From: Pseudomonadota bacterium
GTDB taxonomy: Bacteria > Pseudomonadota > Alphaproteobacteria > GCA-2731375
Length of the DNA stretch: 64,000 bases
Reading direction: 5' to 3'
Assembly (NCBI GenBank): GCA_027623205.1
Contig: JAQBYC010000001.1
Span: 121 to 64,120, forward strand
Shown: positions 1 through 10,352 of the stretch, in pieces
Numbering within the stretch: the stretch's first letter is position 1
Layout of the letters: every line of letters starts with the position of its first letter
Notes under the pieces: generated by a model
Seen by the model: the letters and a program-made list of their open reading frames with translations, nothing else
Databases searched by the model: none
What the model was told of the DNA's origin: nothing
Program-made: the position numbers and the translations under genes

Positions 1-46
1 GACCTCTATCATAGCCCTATGCAGTGTGTAATGGGGGCGTAGGGCA

Positions 47-892
47 ATGCCGGAAATCGGGACCAGCGGCGAGCCGGGGCCGGCTGGCTTTCAGGCGCAG
101 GGCTATCTCAGCCCGATCCAGGTGCTGTCGGCGGCGGACGCGGACCAACTGGCCCGGAAGATTGCCGCGATCTATGACACGTATGGCGCCGAGGCCAAGG
201 ACTATCTGGGCGGCAATGCGCACTTTCTGTTCCCCGCGCTGTTCGATGTGGTCTGCAATCCGCTGATCCTGGATCAGGTGGAGACAATCCTGGGTCCGGA
301 TATTCTGTGCTGGTCGGCCTCGTTCTTTTCCAAGCCCGCCCATGATGCAAGCTTCGTCTCCTGGCACCAGGATCTGACCTATTGGGGCCTGGCGCCGGCG
401 GATATTGTCACTGCCTGGGTCGCCATCACTCCCAGCACCCGGGAAAGCGGCTGTATGCGGGTGGTCCCGGGCAGCCACCGCCAGGGGCAATTGGGCCACA
501 ACGATACCTTCGCGGCGCAAAATCTGCTGAGCCGCGGCCAGGTGCTGGATGTCCCGGTGGACGAGGACCAGGCGGTGGATCTGCTGCTGCAGCCTGGCGA
601 GATGTCCCTGCATGACGTCCTGATCGTGCATGGCTCACAGGCCAACCGCTCCGATCTGCCCCGACACGGCTTCGCCATCCGCTATATCCCCACCTATTGC
701 CGGCAAATCGGCGGGCGGACCACGGCCCTGCTGGTGCGTGGCGAGGACCGTTATGATCATTTTGACCCGGTGCCCCGGCCCCGGGCCGACCTGCACCCGG
801 ACGCCATGGCTTTCCGGGACAAGGCCAACGCGGCGGTCAAGGCCATCCTGATGGCCGGCGCCAACCCAACCAACCCTATTGATGGAGACTGA
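47..892 (+). CDS. Phytanoyl-CoA dioxygenase (PhyH) family Fe(II)/2-oxoglutarate dioxygenase
   Basis: 281-aa ORF with WHQD (HxD) iron-binding motif and overall PhyH-family architecture; GGGG..AGGG precedes the ATG. Confidence 0.75.
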   Translation: MPEIGTSGEPGPAGFQAQGYLSPIQVLSAADADQLARKIAAIYDTYGAEAKDYLGGNAHFLFPALFDVVCNPLILDQVETILGPDILCWSASFFSKPAHDASFVSWHQDLTYWGLAPADIVTAWVAITPSTRESGCMRVVPGSHRQGQLGHNDTFAAQNLLSRGQVLDVPVDEDQAVDLLLQPGEMSLHDVLIVHGSQANRSDLPRHGFAIRYIPTYCRQIGGRTTALLVRGEDRYDHFDPVPRPRADLHPDAMAFRDKANAAVKAILMAGANPTNPIDGD

Positions 893-894
893 AC

Positions 895-1506
895 ATGGCT
901 TTGGAAATTATCGGCTTTCCCCGCTCCAACTTCGTGCGCACGGTGCGCATGGTGGCCCAGGAAAAGGGCGTGCCCTACGAACATATCCCCGCCCTGCCCC
1001 ATTCCGACGAGGTGAAGGCGATCAATCCCCTGGGCCTGATCCCGGTGATGCGCCACGACGGTCTGGAACTGGTGGAATCCCATGCCATCGCGCAGTATAT
1101 CGATGCCGCCTTTGACGGCCCGGCCCTGGTGCCCACGGATCCCAGGGCGGCCGCGCCCATCAACCGCTGGATTGCCACGGTGAATACCTCGGTCGATCAG
1201 CTTTTGATGCGCCGCTATGTGGTGGAATATGCCTTCCACAAGGATGCCGACGGCAACGTGGTGCGGGACGAGATCGACAAGGCGGTGAAGCGCCTGCCCA
1301 AGATGTTCGCCTTGTTGGAAGCAGGCGTTGCCCAGGGCTATCTGGGGAGCGATAGCTTCTCCATGGCCGATTGCTTCCTGATGCCGATCCTGGCGGCGGT
1401 GCGGAACTTTCCCGAAGGCAAGGAAAATTTCGAGAACTGTCCCAACCTCAAGGCCTACTTCGCCAAGATGTCACAGCGGCCCAGCTTCGTGGAGACGGCC
1501 TCCTAG
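895..1506 (+). CDS. Glutathione S-transferase family protein
   Basis: 203 aa with an N-terminal thioredoxin-like GST fold signature (PxxxR, IPV motif) and an alpha-helical C-terminal domain; follows the PhyH gene after a 2-bp gap. Confidence 0.7.
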   Translation: MALEIIGFPRSNFVRTVRMVAQEKGVPYEHIPALPHSDEVKAINPLGLIPVMRHDGLELVESHAIAQYIDAAFDGPALVPTDPRAAAPINRWIATVNTSVDQLLMRRYVVEYAFHKDADGNVVRDEIDKAVKRLPKMFALLEAGVAQGYLGSDSFSMADCFLMPILAAVRNFPEGKENFENCPNLKAYFAKMSQRPSFVETAS

Positions 1507-1509
1507 ACC

Positions 1510-1995
1510 CTAGTCCCGGAAGTTCACGTATTGCAGGGGCTGCTCCAGCTTCATCTCCTTGATCAGGGCGATGGCGGCCTGCAGGTCGTCGCGTTTCTTG
1601 CCGGTGATGCGCATCTCGTCGCCCTGGATCGCCACCTGGGTTTTCATCTTGGCGCCCTTGAGGGCCTTGACCACCTTTTGCGCCAGGTCCCGCTCGATGC
1701 CCTGTTTGATGGCGACGGTCTGGCGCACGCTGTTGCCGGTGGCCTTCTCCGGCTCGGCGAATTCAAAGGCGTTGTGGTCGACCTTGCGCTTGGCCAGATA
1801 GCCGCGCAACAACTCCTGCACCTGCTTCAGCTTCAAATTGTCATCGGCCCGGATGGTCAACGCGTTCTCGACCCGCTCGATCGAACATTGGCTGCCCTTG
1901 AAATCGAACCGGGTTCCAATTTCCCGCATGGCGCCCTGAATGGCATTGTCCACTTCGGGCAATTCCGTGCGCGAGACGACATCGAAGGAAGGCAT
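1510..1995 (-). CDS. yajQ: YajQ family (UPF0234) nucleotide / cyclic-di-GMP-binding protein
   Basis: 161 aa beginning MPSFDVVS with the conserved YajQ signature throughout; convergent with the GST gene. Confidence 0.85.
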   Translation of the reverse strand: MPSFDVVSRTELPEVDNAIQGAMREIGTRFDFKGSQCSIERVENALTIRADDNLKLKQVQELLRGYLAKRKVDHNAFEFAEPEKATGNSVRQTVAIKQGIERDLAQKVVKALKGAKMKTQVAIQGDEMRITGKKRDDLQAAIALIKEMKLEQPLQYVNFRD

Positions 1996-2314
1996 GGCGG
2001 TTGCTTCTCATTATGAATGGGGCCGGCCCATTATAGCGCAAACAGCGAGCGCCAATCCAGACCTCGGGCGCCCACGCGCCCCGGGGGACCGGATCGCATG
2101 CCGCCGGCGCCGGCCTGTCGGCGGATGGCGGTGAGGGTCTGACGGCCGCATTTTTGCCATGAATGGCCACGGAATTGCCCAACGGCTCTCATGCGATGGC
2201 CATATTCAGCCGGCATTCTGGCACCCTGTCATGGCCGGTTGAGCCTTGCGCCCGATGCAAGGCGCTACGCCGCCGCCGTTGCCCGGGCCGGCAGCCCCTT
2301 ACGGAGACCACCCA

Positions 2315-3139
2315 ATGAAATATTTTCTCGCCGTGACCGCGATTGCCCTGCCTCTGGCATTTGCTTCAACCGGGGCAAATGCAGGCGAAAGGGGGGAAAC
2401 CCCGACCGCCTTCGTAGAGGCGGATTTGGCGCATTTCGCCTACGATGATGTTACGGGCTACCAGGCCGTGCGGGCGGCGCTCGATCCGTCCGCCAGGCAT
2501 TCCGGTCCGACACAGGGCGCCTACGAAGCGACCGAACGCGACAACTACGGCCACGCGTGGATCTATTTGGGCGCATTGCAGGATCACGATCCCCGCTCGC
2601 CGCACCAGCGGGCAAGCAAAAGGGCCTATGGGTGCTATCTGACCGCACGCCGCAATGCCATGGCAGCGGTTGCCTCGGAAGGCCGGGATGCGACGGGCGC
2701 CTGGCTCCAACTGGCGGACCGCTGCGCCGCCCGTCTGCGGCTTGGACTGGTGACATGGGCCCGGGCGAACGCTGTCCCGCTGGTGCCGGAGGATCTGCGG
2801 GGCGCCGCCCCCTACCGCATGTTTTTTCCCTTCGATACCGCCGCAATTACCCCGATCGGCGATCACATCCTGCGCTACATCGCCCGCTTTGAGAGGGCGG
2901 AGGGGGCGGCAAGGATCGTCGTTGCGGGCCACGCGGACCGCTCGGGCCGGGAAGACTACAATATGGCGCTGTCGAAACAGCGGGCGGACGCCGTGGACGC
3001 CAGGTTCGCGGGTTATATGGAGAACCATATCCCGCATCGCGTTTACGCGGCGGGAGAAACCACGCCGCTTGCCCTTACCCGCGACGGCGTTCGGCATCCC
3101 CGCAACCGGCGCGTGGAAATCATGCTCGGCCGGCTGTAA
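2315..3139 (+). CDS. OmpA-family (OmpA/MotB C-terminal domain) envelope protein with signal peptide
   Basis: ATG at 2315 preceded by GGAGA; signal peptide MKYFLAVTAIALPLAFA; C-terminal OmpA-like peptidoglycan-binding motif (AGHADRSG...NRRVEI). Confidence 0.7.
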   Translation: MKYFLAVTAIALPLAFASTGANAGERGETPTAFVEADLAHFAYDDVTGYQAVRAALDPSARHSGPTQGAYEATERDNYGHAWIYLGALQDHDPRSPHQRASKRAYGCYLTARRNAMAAVASEGRDATGAWLQLADRCAARLRLGLVTWARANAVPLVPEDLRGAAPYRMFFPFDTAAITPIGDHILRYIARFERAEGAARIVVAGHADRSGREDYNMALSKQRADAVDARFAGYMENHIPHRVYAAGETTPLALTRDGVRHPRNRRVEIMLGRL

Positions 3140-3236
3140 AGGTCTCTCGTTCCATATAATCTGTTTGACGGGCCAAATTGTCTGCAGTTTACGCCCTTTG
3201 CCATGGCGCGCCCTGGAACCAGCCGCCCGACCCTAT

Positions 3237-3325
3237 TTGCGGGGACACAATACTTATATCAGCGCATTCACGCCGTGAATTTAGAAATAGTAAAGCGGTA
3301 TAAGCATTGTGTCCCCGCAATTTTT
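3237..3325 (+). terminator. Long imperfect inverted repeat (about 26-bp arms) with a nested 7-bp palindrome in the loop and a T5 tract; likely Rho-independent terminator of the OmpA-like gene
   Basis: TTGCGGGGACACAATACTTATATCAGCGC ... GCGGTATAAGCATTGTGTCCCCGCAA followed by TTTTT; inner ATTCACGCCGTGAAT palindrome. Confidence 0.5.
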
Positions 3326-3388
3326 GGCGCCTTCGTGACAGGAAAGCGCCTGCGAATAGGGTCGACAGAATGCGCTGCCCCCGCGACC

Positions 3389-4033
3389 CTAAAAGCAATC
3401 TTCCGCGCTCGCAATTTTGACGGCGTTTGGGGCGCCGCCTTTGACCTCATCCCGCCAGAATCTAAATGCTACCCTTTCCGCAATGCGGGCATTGGAACTC
3501 GATTTCTCGTTGGCCACCAAATTCCTGAAACATGAATGATAGAACTCATGCACCAGCAGCGCCGCATAACAGGCGCGCCTGGTCGCGGAACTTGTGGAAA
3601 AGGTCTTATTGTTGGCCATGCGGTTCAGAAACATTGGGCATAACAATACCGACCCGCTAAGCGATAGGCCGAAACCATTATCGGCGCTATTGCAGATGAC
3701 AGTTTGTGCAGCCCAGTTTGCTTCCATCCCGGGCGCGGGCGTGGACTGGACGCAAATCGCCTCGCCATTGCCACCCTTATCGCCAACGCTGTCCCGCCCC
3801 TGAAAACGGCGGCGCATACAGCCTTTGATATTCTGGTCGAGCCGGTCCTCGAGCGCCTTTTCCAAGGTAGTCCAGCGCGCCTGAATCTGATTCGATACGG
3901 CTTCGATATCTTCGCGTTGCTGGGCATTGCAGGTTATCGCCGTAACCTGGGCGGAAGCCGCGAGCGGCAGCCCAACCAGAAACAGGAAAAAAACAACAAA
4001 TATTGAAAAGGGCCGAATGGACAATGGCTTCAT
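3389..4033 (-). CDS. Secreted cysteine-rich hypothetical protein with HExxH (zincin-like) motif
   Basis: ATG at 4033 (M6 of ORF) with GGAG upstream; signal peptide MKPLSIRPFSIFVVFFLFLVGLPLAASA; 8 Cys residues; LLVHEFYH motif; lies in a low-GC patch 3140-4176. Confidence 0.55.
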   Translation of the reverse strand: MKPLSIRPFSIFVVFFLFLVGLPLAASAQVTAITCNAQQREDIEAVSNQIQARWTTLEKALEDRLDQNIKGCMRRRFQGRDSVGDKGGNGEAICVQSTPAPGMEANWAAQTVICNSADNGFGLSLSGSVLLCPMFLNRMANNKTFSTSSATRRACYAALLVHEFYHSCFRNLVANEKSSSNARIAERVAFRFWRDEVKGGAPNAVKIASAEDCF

Positions 4034-4176
4034 CGGTTCCGACTCCAACGATGTTTATGGGGAGAATTATCATCCAAAAAAGTGCATGCTTCAAGGATTC
4101 CCAAGTATGCGCCATCGGAACCGTTTTCGCATTCCAGGGAGCGACGAGGCATCGGTGAAACGGGAGGACGGCAGTT

Positions 4177-5343
4177 ATGGCGGATATCATCATTATCGGC
4201 GGCAGCATCATGGGGTCGAGCATCGCCTACCATCTGGCGATGACCGCTCGGGCCGGCGACATTTGCGTGGTTGAGCCGGACCCGAGCTACGAGTGGGCGG
4301 CGGCGCCGCGGTCCTCGGGCGGGGTGCGGCTGATGCATGGCCTGCCCGAGAATATCGAAATGTCCCGCTACGGGCGCGAAGTCTACAAGGATTTTGCCCG
4401 TCTGATGGATGTCGACGGCCAGCCGGGCCGTTTTGATTTTCTCGAACAGGGCTATCTTTATTTGGTCGCCGGCGCCGCGGAGGTGGCGATTGCCGAGGAA
4501 AGCTGGCGCATCCAGACCGGCCTGGGCGTGCCCAATGACTTTCTGGACCGGGCCGGGCTCGGCGCGCGCTTCCCCTCGATGAACGTGGCGGATATCGATG
4601 CGGCGATCCACGCGCCCCAGGATGGCTTTATCGATCCCCACGCGGCGGTTCTGGGATTTCGGCGCAAGGCGATCAGCCTGGGGGTCGAATACATTCAGGA
4701 CAAGGTGGTCGATATCACGGTCAGCGGCGGCCTGGCCCGGCAGGTCGTGCTTGCCTCCGGCAAACGGCTGGCGGGCGACATCATCGTCAATGTCGCCGGG
4801 GCCTGGGGGCCGGAAATCTGCGCCATGGTCGGCATGACGGTGCCGGTGGAGCCATTGAGCCGCAATACCTTTTATTTCGAGATTCGCGGCGCCATCGAGA
4901 CCATGCCCCTGACCAAGGATCCCAGCGGCGTCGCTTTCCGCCAGGAAGGCGCCGGCTTCACGGTCGGGCAGACCGACACCGATGCGCCCTTCGGCTTCAA
5001 CTGGGAGGTCCGGCACGATTTGTTCGAGTCGCTGCTCTGGCCCGCCCTGGCGCACCGGGTGCCGGCGTTCGAAGCTTTGCAGGTCAAGCGGGGCTGGGCC
5101 GGGCACTACGCCTACAACCGGATGGACGGCAACACCATTATCGGCAAGTGGCTCGGCGGCCTGGACAATTTCTATGTGGCGACGGGTTTTTCCGGCGCGG
5201 GCCTGCAAAAAGGCCCGGCGATCGGCCGCGCGATGACCGAATTGCTGCTCGACGGCGGTTATCAGACCATCGATCTGTCGCGGATGTCGTATCGGCGGGT
5301 GCTCGACGACGAACCGCTGCTGGAAATCGGCTTCTCGGCCTGA
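4177..5343 (+). CDS. FAD-dependent oxidoreductase (DAO family; glycine/D-amino acid/sarcosine oxidase-like)
   Basis: N-terminal dinucleotide-binding motif IIIIGGSIMGSSIAYHL and a DAO-like fold over 388 aa. Confidence 0.75.
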   Translation: MADIIIIGGSIMGSSIAYHLAMTARAGDICVVEPDPSYEWAAAPRSSGGVRLMHGLPENIEMSRYGREVYKDFARLMDVDGQPGRFDFLEQGYLYLVAGAAEVAIAEESWRIQTGLGVPNDFLDRAGLGARFPSMNVADIDAAIHAPQDGFIDPHAAVLGFRRKAISLGVEYIQDKVVDITVSGGLARQVVLASGKRLAGDIIVNVAGAWGPEICAMVGMTVPVEPLSRNTFYFEIRGAIETMPLTKDPSGVAFRQEGAGFTVGQTDTDAPFGFNWEVRHDLFESLLWPALAHRVPAFEALQVKRGWAGHYAYNRMDGNTIIGKWLGGLDNFYVATGFSGAGLQKGPAIGRAMTELLLDGGYQTIDLSRMSYRRVLDDEPLLEIGFSA

Positions 5344-5367
5344 CCGCGACTTGGCGAAATCGCGTTG

Positions 5368-5470
5368 GAGCAATATTCAATTAACCGGCGTCGCTCTTGC
5401 GACTTAAGTAATTGGTTCAATTGCTCTATTCCTAAAGAGTCCGAGCATGCTTTAAGGCAACATGCGCTAG
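5368..5470 (+). repeat. Dispersed AT-rich MITE/REP-like element, copy A (full length, forward)
   Basis: GAGCAATATTCAATTAACC...GTCGCTCTTGCGAC hairpin...CTTAAGTAATTGGTTCAATTGCTCTATTC...GCATGCTTTAAGGCAACATGC hairpin...CTAG; the terminal CTA provides the stop codon of the minus-strand BVMO gene. Confidence 0.85.
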
Positions 5471-6954
5471 GAAACCAGGTCGTATTCTTCCAGATTTGGC
5501 GCGGCCATGTCCTCGCAGAAGCGGTCGAAGGTGAAGGGCCACATGGCCGGGTTGCCGTTCTTGTCCAGATACCAGCTTTGGCAGCCGGTCACCCAGACGG
5601 TGTCTTTCATGGCCTCTTTCAGGGCCGCGTTGAAGCGGTCCGTGGCGTCCTGCCGGGCGGAGATTTCCCTGGCCGCGCCGCTGCGCCAGCTCTCGATCAA
5701 CTGCATGATATAGCCCAACTGCCGCTCGGAAATATCGATCAGGGAAAAATTGCCGATGGGACTGTTGGGCCCCACCAGCATGAAAAAATTCGGGAAGCCG
5801 GGAATGGCGATGGAGCGATGGGCCTGGGTCGCCTCGGCCCAGACATCCTTTAAATCAACGCCGTCCTTGCCGATCAATGCCATGGGCCGCATGAAGCTGT
5901 GGCCGTCGAAGCCGGTGGCCAGGACCAGCACATCCAGTTCATGCAAACGGCCATCCCCGGTCCGCAGCCCGGCCGCCTCCACCCGTTCGATGGGCGCGGT
6001 GACCAGTTCGGCATTGGGCTGCTGGATCGCTTCGTAGAAGCCATCGGAAACGATCAGCCGTTTGCAGGCCGCCTGGTAATCCGGCGTCAACCGGGCCTTC
6101 AGCTCCGGGTCGCGCACGTTGTCTTCCAGGTTCGCCAGACAGGCGTCTTCCACCCGCTGCATCTGCGCCTTGTCGCCGATCACCGCCCGGCCGAAGGTAT
6201 CGGCGAACAGACGGGTCAGGGAGGCGTGCAGATCGTCCATGGCTTGCGGTTGGTGGCGGAAGACTTCCTTTTCCTGCTCGGAGAAGGCCGGGTTCTCCTG
6301 GGGAAAAATCCATTGTGCGGTGCGCTGGAACAACGACAGATGTTTCGCCCTGTGCACGATGTCGGCGGTAATCTGCACGGCGGTGGAGCCGGTGCCGACG
6401 ATGCCGATGCGTTTGCCGTCCAGGGGCGCCTCATGGTTCCAGCGGGCGCTGTGAAAGACCGCGCCGGCGAAATCGTCCAGGCCGGCGATGTCCGGGTAGA
6501 CCGGGTGATGCAGAACCCCGGTGGCCGAGATCACGATATCGACCACATCGATCTCCTCGCCGCCGATTTCGAGGTGCCATTTGCCGTCCCGGTAGGCCGC
6601 GCGGGTGATCTCGCTGTTGAAGCTGACGAAGCTTTCGACGTTGTATTGTTTCGCCACGCTTTCGAAATAAGCCTGAATTTCCGCGCCGGGGGAGAAACGA
6701 TGGCTCCATTCGGCGTTCGGTGCAAAGGAATAGCGGTACATGTGCGAGGGGACGTCGCAGCTCAGGCCCGGATAGGTATTCTCGCGCCAGGTGCCGCCCA
6801 GGCGGTCCGCCTTTTCATAGACGGTGAAATCCGTGATGCCGGCGGCCTGCAGCTTGATCGCCGTCAGGATGCCCGACATGCCGCCGCCGATCACCGCGAT
6901 CCTGGGCGACCGCCTGGTCGTGCGCCCGGCGTCTGAATTCAGTTGCTCGTTCAT
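5467..6954 (-). CDS. Type I Baeyer-Villiger / flavin-containing monooxygenase
   Basis: 495 aa with a GGGMSG FAD motif, the BVMO fingerprint [11 protein letters not shown] and a second Rossmann motif [11 protein letters not shown]. Confidence 0.8.
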   Translation of the reverse strand: MNEQLNSDAGRTTRRSPRIAVIGGGMSGILTAIKLQAAGITDFTVYEKADRLGGTWRENTYPGLSCDVPSHMYRYSFAPNAEWSHRFSPGAEIQAYFESVAKQYNVESFVSFNSEITRAAYRDGKWHLEIGGEEIDVVDIVISATGVLHHPVYPDIAGLDDFAGAVFHSARWNHEAPLDGKRIGIVGTGSTAVQITADIVHRAKHLSLFQRTAQWIFPQENPAFSEQEKEVFRHQPQAMDDLHASLTRLFADTFGRAVIGDKAQMQRVEDACLANLEDNVRDPELKARLTPDYQAACKRLIVSDGFYEAIQQPNAELVTAPIERVEAAGLRTGDGRLHELDVLVLATGFDGHSFMRPMALIGKDGVDLKDVWAEATQAHRSIAIPGFPNFFMLVGPNSPIGNFSLIDISERQLGYIMQLIESWRSGAAREISARQDATDRFNAALKEAMKDTVWVTGCQSWYLDKNGNPAMWPFTFDRFCEDMAAPNLEEYDLVS

Positions 6955-7121
6955 CGTTCATCGTATCCCAAAATAACCCTGTCCGAACGCTGATGGTCTT
7001 CATAGCAATAATGTCGCGCCTGCGGCAAAAGCAAGGGCGCGGCAAAAAGCCACATCTGGCATCTATCAAGGGGGCCGAATGCGCTCTAAGTTTGATGCTG
7101 TTGTGGAATGAGGAGAGGACC

Positions 7122-8435
7122 ATGGCGAAATACCTGAAACAGGGTCTGGGCCAGGCCGAGGTGGACGAGGCCGACGCCAAGGTGCGGACCCAGGTGGAGA
7201 CTATTCTGGCCGATATCCAGGCGCGCGGCGACCTGGCGGTGCGGGAATTGTCGGAAAAGTTCGACGCCTGGAGCCCGGCAAGCTTCCGCCTGTCCGAAAC
7301 GGAGATCGAGGCGGCCATGTCAAAGGTCGCCAAGCGGGACCTGGACGATATCCGCTTCGCCCAGGAACAGGTGGGCAATTTCGCCCGCCATCAAAAGGCC
7401 GCCTTGCGGGACGTGGAGGTGGAAACCATGCCCGGCGTGGTGCTGGGGCACAAGAATATCCCGGTGAATTCCGTGGGCTGCTATGTGCCGGGGGGCAAAT
7501 ATCCCATGGTCGCCTCGGCCCACATGAGCGTGGTGACCGCCAAGGTGGCCGGCGTGCCCCGCATCGTCGCCTCCGCTCCGCCCCAGGGCGGCGCGCCACA
7601 CCCCGCCATTGTCGCGGCCATGCATATGGGCGGGGCCGACGAGATCCTGGTACTGGGCGGTATTCAGGCGGTCGCGGCGATGGCCCTGGGCACGGAAAGC
7701 GTCCAGGGCGTGGATATGCTGGTGGGGCCGGGCAACATGTTCGTGGCCGAGGCCAAGCGGCAGCTCTATGGCAGGGTTGGTATCGACCTGTTCGCCGGGC
7801 CAACGGAAACCCTGATCATCGCCGACGACAGCGTTGACGGCGAGCTGTGCGCCATCGATCTGCTGGGCCAGGCGGAGCATGGCCCGACCTCGCCGGCTGT
7901 GCTGTTGACCACCTCGGAAGCGCTGGCGCGGGATACCATGGCGGAAATCGAACGGCAGCTGGAGGTGCTGCCGACGGCGGAGATCGCGCGGCAATCCTGG
8001 GCCGACTACGGCGCCGTCATTCTGTGCGACAGCGAAGCGGAGATGTTGGCGGAAGCCAATCGCCTGGCCTTCGAACATGTCCAGGTAATGACCAGGGATC
8101 CGGCGTATTTTCTCGACAACATGACCAACTATGGCGCGCTGTTCCTGGGGCCGCGCACCAATGTATCCTATGGCGACAAGGTCATCGGCACCAACCACAC
8201 CCTGCCGACCAAGCGGGCCGGGCGCTATACTGGCGGCCTGTGGGTCGGCAAGTTCATCAAGACCCATACCTATCAACGGATCCTGACGGATGAGGCCTCC
8301 GCCCTGGTCGGGGAATACTGCTCCCGTCTATGCATGCTGGAGGGCTTCGCCGGCCATGCGGAACAGGCGAACGTGCGGGTGCGCCGCTATGGCGGGCGTA
8401 ACGTGCCGCCCTACACGGCGGTGGAGCCGGCCTGA
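7122..8435 (+). CDS. Histidinol dehydrogenase (HisD) family NAD-dependent dehydrogenase, probable catabolic paralog
   Basis: ATG at 7122 after AGGAGAGG; HisD signature blocks ([35 protein letters not shown]); 1-nt overlap with the next gene. Confidence 0.7.
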   Translation: MAKYLKQGLGQAEVDEADAKVRTQVETILADIQARGDLAVRELSEKFDAWSPASFRLSETEIEAAMSKVAKRDLDDIRFAQEQVGNFARHQKAALRDVEVETMPGVVLGHKNIPVNSVGCYVPGGKYPMVASAHMSVVTAKVAGVPRIVASAPPQGGAPHPAIVAAMHMGGADEILVLGGIQAVAAMALGTESVQGVDMLVGPGNMFVAEAKRQLYGRVGIDLFAGPTETLIIADDSVDGELCAIDLLGQAEHGPTSPAVLLTTSEALARDTMAEIERQLEVLPTAEIARQSWADYGAVILCDSEAEMLAEANRLAFEHVQVMTRDPAYFLDNMTNYGALFLGPRTNVSYGDKVIGTNHTLPTKRAGRYTGGLWVGKFIKTHTYQRILTDEASALVGEYCSRLCMLEGFAGHAEQANVRVRRYGGRNVPPYTAVEPA

Positions 8436-9364
8436 TGCCCGGGCATATCGGCATCGTCGGCGCCGGTCTGGTCGGCGCGGGCTGGACCATTGTTTTCGCC
8501 CGGGCCGGCGAACAGGTGCGGGTGTATGACGCCGCCGCCGCCATTCGCGACAACTTCATGGCGGTGGTCGGGCAACAGCTGGATGATTTGAAGCGTTACG
8601 ATCTGGTCGATGATCCGGCCGCCATTCTGGCCCGGATCCAGGTTTGCGATAACCTGGCGGCGGCGGTTCAGGGCGCGCGCTTCATCCAGGAATCCGTTCT
8701 GGAACAGGTGGCGGTCAAGCAGGAGATCTCGGCCGCCATTGGCCCGTTGCTGGGTGCGGGGGCCATCGTCGGCAGCTCAACCTCGGGCATTCCCGGTTCG
8801 GCCTTCACGGAAGGCGCGGCGAACCGGGAGCGTTTTCTGGTGACCCATCCGGTCAATCCGCCCTATCTGGTGCCGGTGGTCGAGGTGGTGCCCGCGCCCT
8901 GGACGGCGCAGGACGCGATGGACGGGGCCATGGCCCTGATGGCCGGGGTCGGCCAGTCGCCGGTGCTGGTGCGCCGGGAGATCGAGGGTTTCATCCTGAA
9001 CCGCCTGCAGGGCGTTCTGTTGCGCGAAGCCTGGGCCCTGTTCGAGGCGGGTTATGCCAGCACCGCCGATATCGACAAGACGGTGTCCGAGGGCCTGGGC
9101 CTGCGCTGGTCGTTCATGGGCCCGTTCGAAACCATCGATCTGAACGCGCCGGGCGGGGTCGCGGATTATGCCGAACGCCTGGGCCCGCTGTATCATGCGA
9201 TCCAGAAATCCCGCACCGATCCACAACCCTGGAGCGGTGACTTGATCGACCGGGTCGATGGCGAACGGCGGCGGGCCCTTGCCATGGACGATCTAGGGGC
9301 CCGGCGCAATTGGCGCGACCGCCGCCTGATGGCCCTGGCCGCCCACAAGGCCGGACAGGAATAA
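8435..9364 (+). CDS. 3-hydroxyacyl-CoA dehydrogenase family protein (L-carnitine dehydrogenase-like)
   Basis: N-terminal NAD-binding IGIVGAGLVGAGW; 3HCDH N- and C-terminal domain architecture over 309 aa. Confidence 0.7.
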   Translation: MPGHIGIVGAGLVGAGWTIVFARAGEQVRVYDAAAAIRDNFMAVVGQQLDDLKRYDLVDDPAAILARIQVCDNLAAAVQGARFIQESVLEQVAVKQEISAAIGPLLGAGAIVGSSTSGIPGSAFTEGAANRERFLVTHPVNPPYLVPVVEVVPAPWTAQDAMDGAMALMAGVGQSPVLVRREIEGFILNRLQGVLLREAWALFEAGYASTADIDKTVSEGLGLRWSFMGPFETIDLNAPGGVADYAERLGPLYHAIQKSRTDPQPWSGDLIDRVDGERRRALAMDDLGARRNWRDRRLMALAAHKAGQE

Positions 9365-9386
9365 AACGATTCACGGAGACGTCCCC

Positions 9387-10352
9387 ATGCCTGAACTCAC
9401 CACCACCGATCATCGGGTCGAAAGCAGCCAGCCGGATTTGAAACTTTTGGTCCGCAACAGGCGCCTCAAGGATCGGGATGCATTCTCGCCGGCGCAGACG
9501 GTGCTGTTCGTGCATGGCGCCACCTATCCCTCAACGGTGACCTTCGACTACGCCATGGCTGGCGGCTCCTGGATGGATATCATGGCCAGGGCCGGTTTTG
9601 ATGTCTGGTGCGTCGATCTGCCGGGCTATGGCGCCTCGGACCGGCCGCCGGAAATGTCGATGCCCGCGGACGACAATGCCCCCGTGGTCGATACCGCGCA
9701 TGCGGTGGCCGATGTCGCAAAGGCGGTCGATTTCATTCTGGGCCGAAGGAAGCTGCCGCGGCTGGCGCTGATCGGCTATTCCTGGGGCACCATGATATGC
9801 GGCGCCTACGCCGGCCGGCAGCCGGACAAGGTGGCGCGCCTGGTCCTCTATGGCGCGGCCTGGCTGGGCACTGGCCGATCGATCAGCACGGGCGCGCCGC
9901 CGGGCGCCTACCGTCTGGTCGAGGCCGAGGCGGTGGTCGCGCGCTGGTGCCTTGAACTGGATGCGGCGCAGATCGAAAGCCTCGCCGCGCCGGCGCACAT
10001 GGCCGCCTGGGCGGCTGCGGCCATTGCCTCGGACCCGGAGGCGGGCCGCCATGATCCGCCGCGGCTGCGGGCCCCCTGTGGGGTGGTCAAGGACGTGCTG
10101 GCAAACAATGCCAGCCAGACGCCGCCCTACGATCCCGCCGCCATTCGCGCCCCGACCATGATCGTGGTTGGGGAATGGGATCGCGAAACCAGGCCGAAAC
10201 AGGGCCGCGAGGTGTTCGCGCGGCTGTACAATACCGCCGAGCGGCGCTATGTCGTGATCGGGGGGGCCACCCACTCCATGCTATTGGAAAACCAACGCGG
10301 CGCGCTGCACCGTGTGGTCGATGGCTTCCTGTGGGAGGGCTGGGAACGATGA
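9387..10352 (+). CDS. Alpha/beta-fold hydrolase
   Basis: GYSWG nucleophile elbow and HG oxyanion motif (VLFVHGATY) in a 321-aa protein. Confidence 0.7.
   Translation: MPELTTTDHRVESSQPDLKLLVRNRRLKDRDAFSPAQTVLFVHGATYPSTVTFDYAMAGGSWMDIMARAGFDVWCVDLPGYGASDRPPEMSMPADDNAPVVDTAHAVADVAKAVDFILGRRKLPRLALIGYSWGTMICGAYAGRQPDKVARLVLYGAAWLGTGRSISTGAPPGAYRLVEAEAVVARWCLELDAAQIESLAAPAHMAAWAAAAIASDPEAGRHDPPRLRAPCGVVKDVLANNASQTPPYDPAAIRAPTMIVVGEWDRETRPKQGREVFARLYNTAERRYVVIGGATHSMLLENQRGALHRVVDGFLWEGWER

Noticed and set aside
7201-7803. 200-aa Pro/Arg-rich ORF antisense within the HisD-family gene
   Set aside because: It is an antisense artefact of GC-rich codon usage. Its composition is extreme (PRPGR repeats) and it has no start context.
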